From: Octopus sinensis
Taxonomy: Eukaryota
NCBI RefSeq assembly: GCF_006345805.1
Contig: NC_043013.1
Coordinates: forward strand, 39,618,001-39,682,000
Length of the DNA: 64,000 nucleotides
Reading direction: 5' to 3'
Part shown: positions 23,330 to 35,905 of the stretch, one piece after another
Layout of the letters: each line of letters begins with the position of its first letter
Numbering within the stretch: the stretch's first letter is position 1
Made by a program: the position numbers and the translations under genes
The notes under the pieces: model-generated
Databases searched by the model: none
The model's input: only the letters and a program-made list of their open reading frames with translations
What the model was told of the DNA's origin: nothing

Positions 23330-24180
23330 TATGGGAGGAACAGATAATTGAGAAGAAAATATGTTGGAATGAAATATGTAAGTGAGGTACGTCATGTTTG
23401 GGTTTTCTGCTTCGTTTATCCTATGTTGCCTTGCCATCGCCTTACAAACCTAATAAGACGGAACGTATTGGAGAATGATAAATAGGAATACGGAAAAGTC
23501 GGAACACTGTAACATTCTTTCCAGCTGTTCACTGACATTGGTTAGATATGCATATAGACACAATCTGGTCCTTAAGGTCCTCTTCAATGCTATAAAGAAC
23601 CAAATTGCTCTCGTCAACAGTGGCATAAAAGAAGGAGAAACAAACCAGACATTTCATGACCCTCGTACGTTCAGGACAGCAGGTTTGAAGAAGAATCTTC
23701 TTGTGAACGATGAAAAGTGGAACGGCTATTGCGAGGTGGCTGTCGATTTACTAGGGTTCCAAGGATTCTTCCCAATTCCAGTTGAGGAAAAGCCGGATAT
23801 CATATATGTGTGAAATAAAGGAAGTAGTAAACCTAGTCAAGTTAACGGTTCCTCATGAAGATAACATGGATGGCACTCGGACTCGAAAGATCGACCGTTA
23901 TAAAAACCTCGTCGAGGAATGTGGAGACACAGGATGGAAACCAAGGCATTTTCCAATCGAAGCTGGATGTAGAGGATTTATTGGACACAGCGTAAGGCAA
24001 GTGTTGTTGTTTAGTCTAACCCATCGTAAAGCAAATACCATCACGAGTGATATGCAGACTGCAGTGTAGAGGGAAAACCACAAAATTTGGTTAAAAAGAG
24101 ACGATTAGCAATGGCAAGAAGAATATTGAGCAAAACCTATTAACCAGTTGATCTAGCACCGGGAGGGCTCATTCTCTCCT
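23330..24180 (+). mobile_element. HERO-like REL non-LTR retrotransposon 3' fragment
   Basis: Reads ILSSC..RYAYRHNLVL, KPDII, LTVPHEDN...RKIDRY..L.EEC...GW...FPIEAGCRGF, matching the recalled HERO-clade 'ELTVPWE..P.EVGCRGF' motif. Frameshifted. Confidence 0.75.
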
Positions 24181-25179
24181 CATGACCCCATAAGCTTCTT
24201 TGCATCCGGTATGAGGCTTTTAACGGGTGATATTTGCATTTGCAAGTTCTTTGCAAGAAATCTAATATATATATGTGTGTGTGTGTGTGGCGAGAGAGAG
24301 GGGGGAGGGAGGGAGGGACAGACAGACAGAAAGACAGTCAGATACACAAACAGGCAGTTAGGCAAACAGACAGGCAGACAGACATGTGCTAGAGTTGCTT
24401 TAAGTCAACTTTCTGTCAAATGAACTACGCCACAGTACATCAGCAAATAGATTTCACCTTATTTACCTATGAGTCTTGTCTTGTCCTCCTGTTTTTGGAA
24501 TTAGCAGGACAAGAGGAGACATATGGGACAAAGAATCACTGAGGAGGTCACAGAATGGATGACGAAAGAACTTTCAGAAATGGACCACGGACAATAGTTT
24601 CGATTCGTTTCGGAATGATCCGAGTGCGGGGTATTAACATGTCACAATAGTGATGAAATATCGGTATCTATTACTTTCGGATTCATTCCGAGGCGAGTTG
24701 TCTTACCTGGTCTGTGATGGTGTTGTATAGTAGAGCTTTCCCAGACGCTATCCCACAGCAATTTCGGCGTATAAGCAAAGCACATGCACCGCGTATGTGC
24801 GATCGATAATGTTTAATTACATGAGCTGCTGTTAATTCGTAATTTGATACATGTGAACTTGAGGAGGCGTGATGGCACGTGGCCTAGTAGTTACGACGTT
24901 GCACTTGCGATTGCTAGATCATTGGTTCGATTCTCGGACCGGGCGGTGCATTGTGTTCTTGACTAAAACACTTATTTTCGCGTTGCTCCAGTTCATTCAG
25001 CTGTAATGGGGTAACCTCTGCAACAAAATAGTCTTGAGATAAGGAGGAATGTTGGTCTACTCGCCTGGACAGTGTGGTGGTAATATTCGAAGGCTAAGAC
25101 AATGTGAAGCACATATTGTGACTAGCATCCGATATAACAGCATCCGATAATTTGTTCAATACCATGATTTATAGATATA

Positions 25180-26232
25180 CAGGGGTTGGACAAAATAATG
25201 GAAACACCTAGCATCACAGTATCATCATTTTGAAATATCTATAAAACCGTCAAAGGCTTGTTTATTTATTATTAGTATTGCTTGATATGTTTTGTTTTGC
25301 TAAAATTGCTGTTTCTTTTCAGATATCATCACTAAAAAGTAATTAAAATTCGTTAAAATGACAAATCTATCCGACTTTCAAAGAGGTAACATTGTTGGTG
25401 CTCATATGGCAGGCGCTAGCGTAACGAACCGAAATATTTGGTGTATCAAGAAGTACTGTCTCGAAAGTAAAGACAGCCTTTAAAAAAGAGGGAAAACCTC
25501 GTCGAAACAAAACTCCGGAAGAAAACCAAAACTTTCAGATAGAGACCGTCGGATTTGACGTGAATTGTTAGAAAGGATCACAAAACTACAGCTCCCAAAA
25601 TTACTGCAGAGCTTAGTGACCACCCCGAGAACCCAGTTTCCACAAAAACTGTTCGCCGGGAGTTGCACAAAACCGGATTGTACTGCAGGGCTGCAATCAG
25701 AAAACCACTACTTTCAAAACCAAACATTGCAAAGCGTTTAGAATGGAGTAAAAACCTAGAAAATTGGTCCCTAGAGCAGTGAAAGAATGTTATTTTCTTG
25801 GACGAGTCATCCTTTATATTATTTCCGACCACCGGCTGAGTATACGCGTGGAGACAGCCAAAAGAAGCATTTGACCTAGACTGCTTTCTTGTAGAAGCTC
25901 AAGTTGTTAATGAATGGCACGAGGAACATTCTAGTGAAGATGAACATCTTATCTGGCCACTACAGACCCCAGATCTCAAAATTATTGAACATTTGTGGTG
26001 CATTTTAGAAAAACAAGGAAGGAATCGATATCCTCTACCATCATCACTACAATAACTGGAGACTCTTTAGCTGAAGAATGGACAAAATTTCTTTTGGAAA
26101 CAATTCAAACTTTGTACGAGTCCATACCTCGTAAAGTTCAAACTGTAATTACTGCCAAAGGTAGTCCTACCCCGTAGTAAAATTAATTTGTTTGAAATTT
26201 TAAGGTGTTTCCATTATTTTGTCCAACCCCTG
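25180..26232 (+). mobile_element. Tc1-like DNA transposon, internally deleted and inactive
   Basis: Perfect 30 bp TIRs CAGGGGTTGGACAAAATAATGGAAACACCT / AGGTGTTTCCATTATTTTGTCCAACCCCTG with TA on both sides. Transposase relic MTNLSDFQRGNIVGA.., SGRKPKLSDRD, VIFLDESSF, WP.QTPDL.IIEHLW with stops. Confidence 0.93.
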
Positions 26233-26239
26233 TATATAC

Positions 26240-26270
<31 letters not shown>

Positions 26271-26327
26271 TGTATGTATGTATGTATGTATGTATGTATG
26301 TATGTATGTATAGATAGATAGATGAAT

Positions 26328-26362
<35 letters not shown>

Positions 26363-26383
26363 TAGATAGATAGATAGATAGAT

Positions 26384-26427
<44 letters not shown>

Positions 26428-26644
26428 AGGCGACGAGCTGGCAGAAACGTTAACACGCCAGGCGAAATGCTTTGCGGTATTTCGTCTGCTGCTACGTTCT
26501 GAGTTCAAATTCCGCCGCCAAGGTCGACTTTGCCTTTCATCCTTTCGGGGTCGATAGATTAAATACCAGTTGCGTACTGGGATCGATCTAATCGACTTGC
26601 CACCTCTCCAAAAATTTCAGACCTTGTGCCTAGAGTAGAAAAGG

Positions 26645-26645
<1 letters not shown>
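26428..26645 (+). mobile_element. tRNA-derived Meta/MESC-like SINE
   Basis: Same head and central domain as 4253-4465. Confidence 0.8.
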
Positions 26646-26728
<83 letters not shown>

Positions 26729-28471
26729 CATACATAACTGTAAGTATGTGTGCGTGCGTGTATGTAAGTTTCACGATATGAAATACCTTCAAATTCTGAA
26801 AACCTGACGTTTCATTGTGTGTGTGTGTATTTAGGTTTGTTACACATACCCGACACTGCTTGACAATCTTTTCTATTGTTTTCATATCTACCTAACTGAG
26901 GTTTGTCAAGAGAGCCAATAGCAAAAGTACTAGATTTTAAAACAAAATCTTGGTTGCGATTTGTTCGAATAAAACCTTCAAGATAGTGTCCCTGCATGGC
27001 TGCATTCCAGTGATTGAGAGAAGTAAAAGACGATAGATAAAAATACACGATATTGTTGAAATTCTCATTGTTCAAACTGGTAATCTAAGTTAAAATATCT
27101 TGGTTTTTCCTACTGTATTCAATACTAAAAGGGTAAAGTGACTTTAACTTGTTAACTTCCCGAATGACACCATGTAAACACTTTTTTTATTATCAAGATT
27201 CAACATATGATTTTTATACGGTTTTATTCGAATTATTAAACGCATTTTTTCAAATGCTGGCTGTGGGTGCGTGGCAGCTAGCAATAATTGCCTTTAATTT
27301 AGGTCACAGAGTATAAGGTAGTAACTCGATCATATTGACCCCAATATTTGGCTGAATATATATTTAATGGAGACTGACAAGAAGAAAAGCTAATTTGACA
27401 ACGGCAGGATTTGAACTCAGCGGGTAAAAATTAGGAATAAATCCAAAGCTTTTTCTTTTTCCACACTGTGAAGATTCTGCCAATGTGATCAGACTCTGTA
27501 TATCCATTGCAAATATATTACAAAATAGTGTTTTCAAAAGGAGTAGGGATATACAAACAAAACTGGGATCTTTTCTAAAATTTTTCTGGAACAAGTGAGA
27601 AACAAAATCAGATTCAGTGTGAAAAAGAACATTAATATACCAAATTTGAAAATTTTCACTTAATTTTAAAATTTCAAGAACTGTGACAGCAAAGAGACAA
27701 GATCGTATAATTGTATAAAATATAAAAAATACCAGAGAAGTTAGGCTGTGCGGTTACGAAACTCGAGTTCAGTCCCACAGCGAGGCATCTCAGCAATGGG
27801 GTACAGTTCCCGAATAAGCTCTATGTTCCCCGGATGCCATTAGGGCCTGTATACCCTTACAAGCCACTTCCAACCCGACTGCATGTGGATTTTGATCACT
27901 TTAACTCTCACAACCTGTTTGCATATCTTAACAAATTTGATGACTTAGAAAGAGTCAATATCACGGCCATTATGTCCAACCTTGACGTCTGAGCGCCGCC
28001 CACCCACATATCGTTGTATAATTCACTTCGACCTCAAACTTGAAGACCGGATACATAATCCAGTATGCAATTTCTCGATAGATGGACAATGCAGCCTCCA
28101 ACATATCAAACGAGGTCTCTTTCAACTGCCCTTTCAACGGCACACTGAAAACCTCTGATTTTTGATGGTCACAATTATGTTACTTCTTTTTCCTTATCTG
28201 TTACTTGTATCAGTCGTTAGAGTGCGGCCATGTTGGGGCGCCACTTTGAAGAATTTTAGTCAAAAGACTCGACCCAAGTATTTATTTTTTAAAGCCTGGT
28301 ACTTATTTTATCCCTCTTTTTTGCCGAACGGCTGAGTTACGAGAACGTAAACACACAAATACCAGCTGTGAAGCAGCAGTCGGGGACAAATAGACACACA
28401 CATACACACGCATATATATACATATACATATACATATATTCATATATATATATATACATATATATATGTAT

Positions 28472-28516
<45 letters not shown>

Positions 28517-29694
28517 ATACGATAGGCTTCTTTTAGTTTCCGTCTACCAAATCCACTTACAAAGCTTTGGTGGGGGTTGAGGCTATAGTCGAAGACACTT
28601 GCCCAAGCTGCCACATTGTGAGTCTGAGCTTGCAACCAAACGTTTTATCACACACCCACACCTGCGACCTTATCTACCTACGGTAAAAAAAATAAAAACA
28701 AAAAAAAAACGCTTCATGCAATGAAGCACATTTCGCAATATGCATAGCTCGTATTCTCTTTTGCCTATATCCGGAATAACTTGTGACGACGTCAATTGGT
28801 CGAGTCTATTTTGTGAAAACTTTATGTTAATCATTTTTGCATGAAATAGAGTAATTTTTCTTCCTTCTTGTTTGTCAGAATTTTCCATGCACACAAAATA
28901 TTCTAAAACACGTTAAACTCACAAAGGGGTGTGTAATTGGGTAAGCCAGATGGCGGGTATACGCATCGATACATGCGTTACACATATACGAAAAAACAAA
29001 CTGAATGTTTGCACAATAAAATATACAAAAACGTCTCACAACAAATTTTATTGTGACCTCCTGAAGGTCAGATGGTTGGATAGTCAAATGTTTCAACACG
29101 AAATATACCCCGAATCCTCTAAAAGAAAGGAAAAATATTAACAAGCAAACCAGCTTGTTTAGAAATCTCTATTTATCCCGAAAAGTAGTGTTTAATGCCA
29201 CCTAAACACATGTGCTCCCCAGGAACCGACGATACTGTTATTTTAACCCCAGGAGTGTTAGAAAAGAAACTACCTTCTGGTAGTTAATCAATGCACTCTG
29301 CACTCGATATATATTGCAAGCAGGGCGAGAACTCCCTACTATTTTAACCCGGAGACCACCAGACCGTAAGGTTTCGATCTCTTTATGGTCCAGCTCACAT
29401 AAATATTATTTCTCTCCTTAAGTACAGACACCCGCGCGGTTGCCCAGTTTAATATTTTGAATGATTTTAACAGAATCAACTGTTTGCATGCGTTCGAGTA
29501 AGGTCTCCGGTTTGAGGATAACCTTCTCCTAACGTCCCTCATATCAGTCTCAGGGGCTCGGTAAAGGATCAAGAGTATTGCCTTGCCCCCTTGACAAGGT
29601 GCTAAGAGACATAATAAATCGACTTCCATGTAACTATGTGTGAACACGCTCACTCTCTTCAAAGCACAACAATAGTAGTAGTAGTGGTAGTAGT

Positions 29695-29743
<49 letters not shown>

Positions 29744-30455
29744 AAGGAGATTCAGCGTGACACATAATGTTACGAGGCTAGGCCTTTGAATTTTTGCCAC
29801 TTAAGTGGACAGGAGCAAAATAATGAAAGAAAGTGTCTGGCTCCAGAACACAACCCGCCTTCAGGAAAATGATTACAAACAAATATATGTGGGTTGGGGA
29901 GACCATAAAACGATGGAGGCACAACAGAAAAAAGTATAAGTATATGATAAATTGGTTTAAAACTTACAATAAAAATTCCCGTAAAAATTTGAGAACAAGT
30001 TATGGGGGTTTACAAAACATTCCCAGGCTTCAAATACTTCATCGATTTCTAACATGTCTAATTTGAGACTTAGATTCGTTTTCATTCTTTCGCTTGAGAA
30101 CAAAATCGTCGTTTCCCACCTTTCCCAGTACTTTTGAAATTTAAAGTTGTCAGGGTGCTTACATAAAGATAGCTTTCTGTAGTTGATCATTTCCTGTTGC
30201 CTGTCTGCAAATAAAGATTTTTTTTTTTTATATTTGGCGTGAGACTGCCGTAAAACTGCCGTAAAACTGCATTGCATATCCATTAGAATAGTTAGTAAGA
30301 TTTTTGCAAACCAATAGCATAATTTGTCCTACAGTCGTAAACAGCCATTTAGTATAGTCAAACGAGTCAGTAATATTGATTTCAAATTTTAGCAGGTCAG
30401 CAAGTTTGTGGGAGGGATGAGCCAATTACACAGACCCCAATACTTACTTTATTTA

Positions 30456-33400
30456 CCCCTAAAGTATGAATGGTAAAGTTGGCCCCGACCGAATTTGAAC
30501 TCAGAACGTGCGGACAGACGAAATGTGGCTTAGCATTTTTCCCGAGTTGCTAACAATTCTGACAGCTAACAGTTCGGTCAGTTCGCCACCTTAAACCAGT
30601 GAGTACTGTTGAAACACTGAACCCCTAAAGTATGAATGGTAAAGTTGGCCCCGACCGAATTTGAACTCAGAACGTGCGGACAGACGAAATGTGGCTTAGC
30701 ATTTTTCCCGATTTGCTAACAATTCTGACAGCTAACAGTTCGGTCAGTTCGCCACCTTAAACCAGTGAGTACTGTTGAAACACTGAACCCCTAAAGTATG
30801 GATGGTAAAGTTGGCCCCGACCGAATTTGAACTCAGAACGTGCGGACAGACGAAATGTGGCTTAGAATTTTTCCCGAGTTGCTAACAATTCTGACAGCTA
30901 ACAGTTCGGTCAGTTCGCCACCTTAAACCAGTGAGTACTGTTGAAACACTGAACCCCTAAAGTATGAATGGTAAAGTTGGCCCCGACCGAATTTGAACTC
31001 AGAACGTGCGGACAGACGAAATGTGGCTTAGCATTTTTCCCGAGTTGCTAACAATTCTGACAGCTAACAGTTCGGTCAGTTCGCCACCTTAAACCAGTGA
31101 GTACTGTTGAAACACTGAACCCCTAAAGTATGAATGGTAAAGTTGGCCCCGACCGAATTTGAACTCAGAACGTGCGGACAGACGAAATGTGGCTTAGCAT
31201 TTTTCCCGATTTGCTAACAATTCTGACAGCTAACAGTTCGGTCAGTTCGCCACCTTAAACGAGTGAGTACTGTTGAAACACTGACCCCTAAAGTATGGAT
31301 GGTAAAGTTGGCCCCGACCGAATTTGAACTCAGAACGTGCGGACAGACGAAATGTGGCTTAGAATTTTTCCCGAGTTGCTAACAATTCTGACAGCTAACA
31401 GTTCGGTCAGTTCGCCACCTTAAACCAGTGAGTACTGTTGAAACACTGAACCCCTAAAGTATGAATGGTAAAGTTGGCCCCGACCGAATTTGAACTCAGA
31501 ACGTGCGGACAGACGAAATGTGGCTTAGCATTTTTCCCGAGTTGCTAACAATTCTGACAGCTAACAGTTCGGTCAGTTCGCCACCTTAAACGAGTGAGTA
31601 GTTAAAACACTGAACCCCTAAAGTATGGATGGTAAAGTTGGCCCCGACCGAATTTGAACTCAGAACGTGCGGACAGACGAAATGTGGCTTAGCATTTTTC
31701 CCGAGTTGCTAACAATTCTGACAGCTAACAGTTCGGTCAGTTCGCCACCTTAAACGAGTGAGTACTGTTAAAACACTGAACCCCTAAAGTATGGATGGTA
31801 AAGTTGGCCCCGACCGAATTTGAACTCAGAACGTGCGGACAGACGAAATGTGGCTTAGCATTTTTCCCGAGTTGCTAACAATTCTGACAGCTAACAGTTC
31901 GGTCAGTTCGCCACCTTAAACGAGTGAGTACTGTTAAAACACTGAACCCCTAAAGTATGGATGGTAAAGTTGGCCCCGACCGAATTTGAACTCAGAACGT
32001 GCGGACAGACGAAATGTGGCTTAGCATTTTTCCCGATTTGCTAACAATTCTGACAGCTAACAGTTCGGTCAGTTCGCCACCTTAAACGAGTGAGTACTGT
32101 TAAAACACTGAACCCCTAAAGTATGGATGGTAAAGTTGGCCCCGACCGAATTTGAACTCAGAACGTGCGGACAGACGAAATGTGGCTTAGAATTTTTCCC
32201 GAGTTGCTAACAATTCTGACAGCTAACAGTTCGGTCAGTTCGCCACCTTAAACCAGTGAGTACTGTTGAAACACTGAACCCCTAAAGTATGAATGGTAAA
32301 GTTGGCCCCGACCGAATTTGAACTCAGAACGTGCGGACAGACGAAATGTGGCTTAGCATTTTTCCCGAGTTGCTAACAATTCTGACAGCTAACAGTTCGG
32401 TCAGTTCGCCACCTTAAACGAGTGGGTACTGTTAAAACACTGAACCCCTAAAGTATGGATGGTGAAGTTGGCCCCGACCGAATTTGAACTCAGAACGTGC
32501 GGACAGACGAAATGTGGCTTAGCATTTTGCCCGAGTTGCTAACAATTCTGACAGCTAACAGTTCGGTCAGTTCGCCACCTTAAACCAGTGAGTACTGTTG
32601 AAACACTGAACCCCTAAAGTATGAATGGTAAAGTTGGCCCCGACCGAATTTGAACTCAGAACGTGCGGACAGACGAAATGTGGCTTAGAATTTTTCCCGA
32701 TTTGCTAACAATTCTGACAGCTAACACGTCGGTCAGTTCGCCACCTTAAACCAGTGAGTACTGTTGAAACACTGAACCCCTAAAGTATGGATGGTAAAGT
32801 TGGCCCCGACCGAATTTGAACTCAGAACGTGCGGACAGACGAAATGTGGCTTAGCATTTTTCCCGATTTGCTAACAATTCTGACAGCTAACAGTTCGGTC
32901 AGTTCGCCACCTTAAACCAGTGAGTACTGTTGAAACACTGAACCCCTAAAGTATGAATGGTAAAGTTGGCCCCGACCGAATTTGAACTCAGAACGTGCGG
33001 ACAGACGAAATGTGGCTTAGCATTTTTCCCGAGTTGCTAACAATTCTGACAGCTAACAGTTCGGTCAGTTCGCCACCTTAACGAGTGAGTACTGTTAAAA
33101 CACTGAACCCCTAAAGTATGGATGGTAAAGTTGGCCCCGACCGAATTTGAACTCAGAACGTGCGGACAGACGAAATGTGGCTTAGCATTTTTCCCGATTT
33201 GCTAACAATTCTGACAGCTAACAGTTCGGTCAGTTCGCCACCTTAAACCAGTGAGTACTGTTGAAACACTGAACCCCTAAAGTATGAATGTGTAAAGTTG
33301 GCCCCGACCGAATTTGAACTCAGAACGTGCGGACAGACGAAATGTGGCTTAGCATTTTTCCCGATTTGCTAACAATTCTGACAGCTAACAGTTCGGTCAG

Positions 33401-34105
33401 TTCGCCACCTTAAACCAGTGAGTACTGTTGAAACACTGAACCCCTAAAGTATGAATGGTAAAGTTGGCCCCGACCGAATTTGAACTCAGAACGTGCGGAC
33501 AGACGAAATGTGGCTTAGCATTTTTCCCGAGTTGCTAACAATTCTGACAGCTAACAGTTCGGTCAGTTCGCCACCTTAAACGAGTGAGTACTGTTAAAAC
33601 ACTGAACCCCTAAAGTATGGATGGTAAAGTTGGCCCCGACCGAATTTGAACTCAGAACGTGCGGACAGACGAAATGTGGCTTAGCATTTTTCCCGATTTG
33701 CTAACAATTCTGACAGCTAACAGTTCGGTCAGTTCGCCACCTTAAACGAGTGAGTACTGTTGAAACACTGAACCCCTAAAGTATGAATGGTAAAGTTGGC
33801 CCCGACCGAATTTGAACTCAGAACGTGCGGACAGACGAAATGTGGCTTATCATTTTTCCCGATTTGCTAACAATTCTGACAGCTAACAATTCGGTCAGTT
33901 CGCCACCTTAAACCAGTGAGTACTGTTGAAACACTGAACCCCTAAAGTATGGATGGTAAAGTTGGCCCCGACCGAATTTGAACTCAGAACGTGCGGACAG
34001 ACGAAATGTGGCTTAGCATTTTTCCCGATTTGCTAACAATTCTGACAGCTAACAGTTCGGTCAGTTCGCCACCTTAAACCAGTGAGTACTGTTGAAACAC
34101 TGAAC
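30456..34105. repeat. Tandem array of 22 x 166 bp units, SINE-derived
   Basis: cccctaaagtatg recurs at 30456, 30622, 30788 ... 33939. Units differ mainly at about 5 recurrent biallelic sites. About 140 bp of each unit is the reverse complement of the Meta-like SINE head. Confidence 0.97.
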
Positions 34106-35369
34106 GGGTACTTAAACAGCACTTTCGTTTTTCTTAGAGTATCAGGCCCCACTGGAAACAATTCGAGTGCATCAAAAGGACTAGCGTACCTTTTCTGTCT
34201 GTCCACATCCTTATCGCAGATCGGTATTTAAGTTAATTGTATTCCTTTTCTACTCTAGGCACAAGGCCCGAAATTTTGGGGGAGGGGGGCAGTCGATTAG
34301 ATCGACCCCAGTATACAACTGGTGCTTAATTTATCGACCCCGAAAGGATGAAAGGCAAAGTCGGCCTTGGCGGAGTTTAATTGTATTGACACGTATAAGA
34401 TACATTCCATGCATATGTCAGGGACAGGATAAATAATTAATAAATGCTTATGTGTAACACAATATGTATAAGAAACTTGAGATAAGCAAAACAATGAAAG
34501 GTACTTGAGTTATGTCTTCTTTATTATTCTGTACTTGAAGCGATTAATAAGATATATGTATACCTCCTTAATGTATGATAAGGGAAGATTTAAAAACTGT
34601 TATTCAATTTCCTTAAATGTATTGAGGGATTTGAGTGCATACTGTATTATACATAAGTATGTATCATGTATTGAATCTCGTGGCTGATGAATACAAATTA
34701 GCCACGCTTGTGTTTGATGTAAATAGTTTCATTAGTCTAATCGATTATAGCTGCCCTGTGTCAAGCATTTATTTCAATGCCTCACCCTTACCCCGAGATA
34801 CGAAAGGCAAAGCAGACTTCGGCCGCTTGGGAGATAACTCATTCGAACATAATTATCGCCGAGTATATATGTGTGTATGTATTATGCTTTAGCTTGTATC
34901 TGATTTAAATAGCGATTTGCTGAAAGTTTACTAACTATTAAACCTATCAAGATGATCTCAGTGCTTCCTCTATGAACAAAATAACGTGTATTAACATGTA
35001 TTTAAAATTGCACATCGGAGGCATTAGAAAATTACATTTCAACTACTTCAATTCTATTTCCTATGCATTGCATATGCGTGTGAATACATATATGTATATA
35101 TAACCACACACGAGCTTTTCTTGGGTGTGTAGATGAGGTGAGGTGCAGAAATTCCAGGTAGAAGTCCGAAATGTAGGAGGTTAAAGCAGGATAAAGCTGG
35201 AGCGACCACGTGAGTGTGCAATATAGAGCTGAAATTTACAGAAAAACCAATGACTAAGATAGGTGTATAAACAACAAACAGGTGTATTAGTTTAACGCTC
35301 GCGAACGTGTGTGTGTGCGTAGTATCTGTAAACTCATCTACGTAGTTATCTATCAAGTCACAACAAAGA

Positions 35370-35763
35370 CCTCAGACATAATACTTTGCTTAAGATGTGC
35401 GCTATGCCCAGTAAAGCTGCTTTTTAAAAGACATCAATCTTGCATGGGATTTCCAGTTGCCTTAAGAAGTTTTGAAGTTTCAATGGGATTGAGCCTAACG
35501 CTCCGATCACCACTGGTATCATTTTTACATTATCCTCTCACATTCCATACAGTCTTGCCATTTCCACTTTCAATTCAGAGTACTTGGTGATCTTTTCAAC
35601 CTATTTACTCACAACATTCATATCATTTGGTATGGCTACATCAAATTATCTGACAGTATTTGTCTCTCTTACTCAATATGACAATATCCGGTCGACGGTA
35701 TTCGATTACACGATCCATCTGAAAATCATAGTCCCAGAGTATCGATAATTTTCCATCCTCCTG

Positions 35764-35765
<2 letters not shown>
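35370..35765 (-). mobile_element. REL non-LTR family G, old 3' fragment
   Basis: Minus strand reads ILWDYDFQMDRVIEYRRPDIVIL...KITKYSELKVEMARL...IPVVIGALGSIP...KAALLGIAHILSKVL, with stops. Confidence 0.8.
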
Positions 35766-35796
<31 letters not shown>

Positions 35797-35821
35797 TCTT
35801 CTTTTTCTTCTTCTTCTTCTT

Positions 35822-35905
<84 letters not shown>

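Noticed and set aside
24707-24830. Candidate upstream synaptotagmin exon ending at a strong CAG|GTAAGA donor
   Set aside because: The required phase-2 frame hits TAG about 14 codons upstream, and there are no C2 motifs.
30456-34105. CRISPR-like array
   Set aside because: The whole 166 bp unit repeats with no unique spacers. There are no cas genes, the context is eukaryotic, and the unit is SINE-derived.
34106-34230. C2-like peptide LFPVGPDTLRKTKV on the minus strand
   Set aside because: There are no convincing splice sites, and the equivalent C2A/C2B segments are already encoded by other exons.
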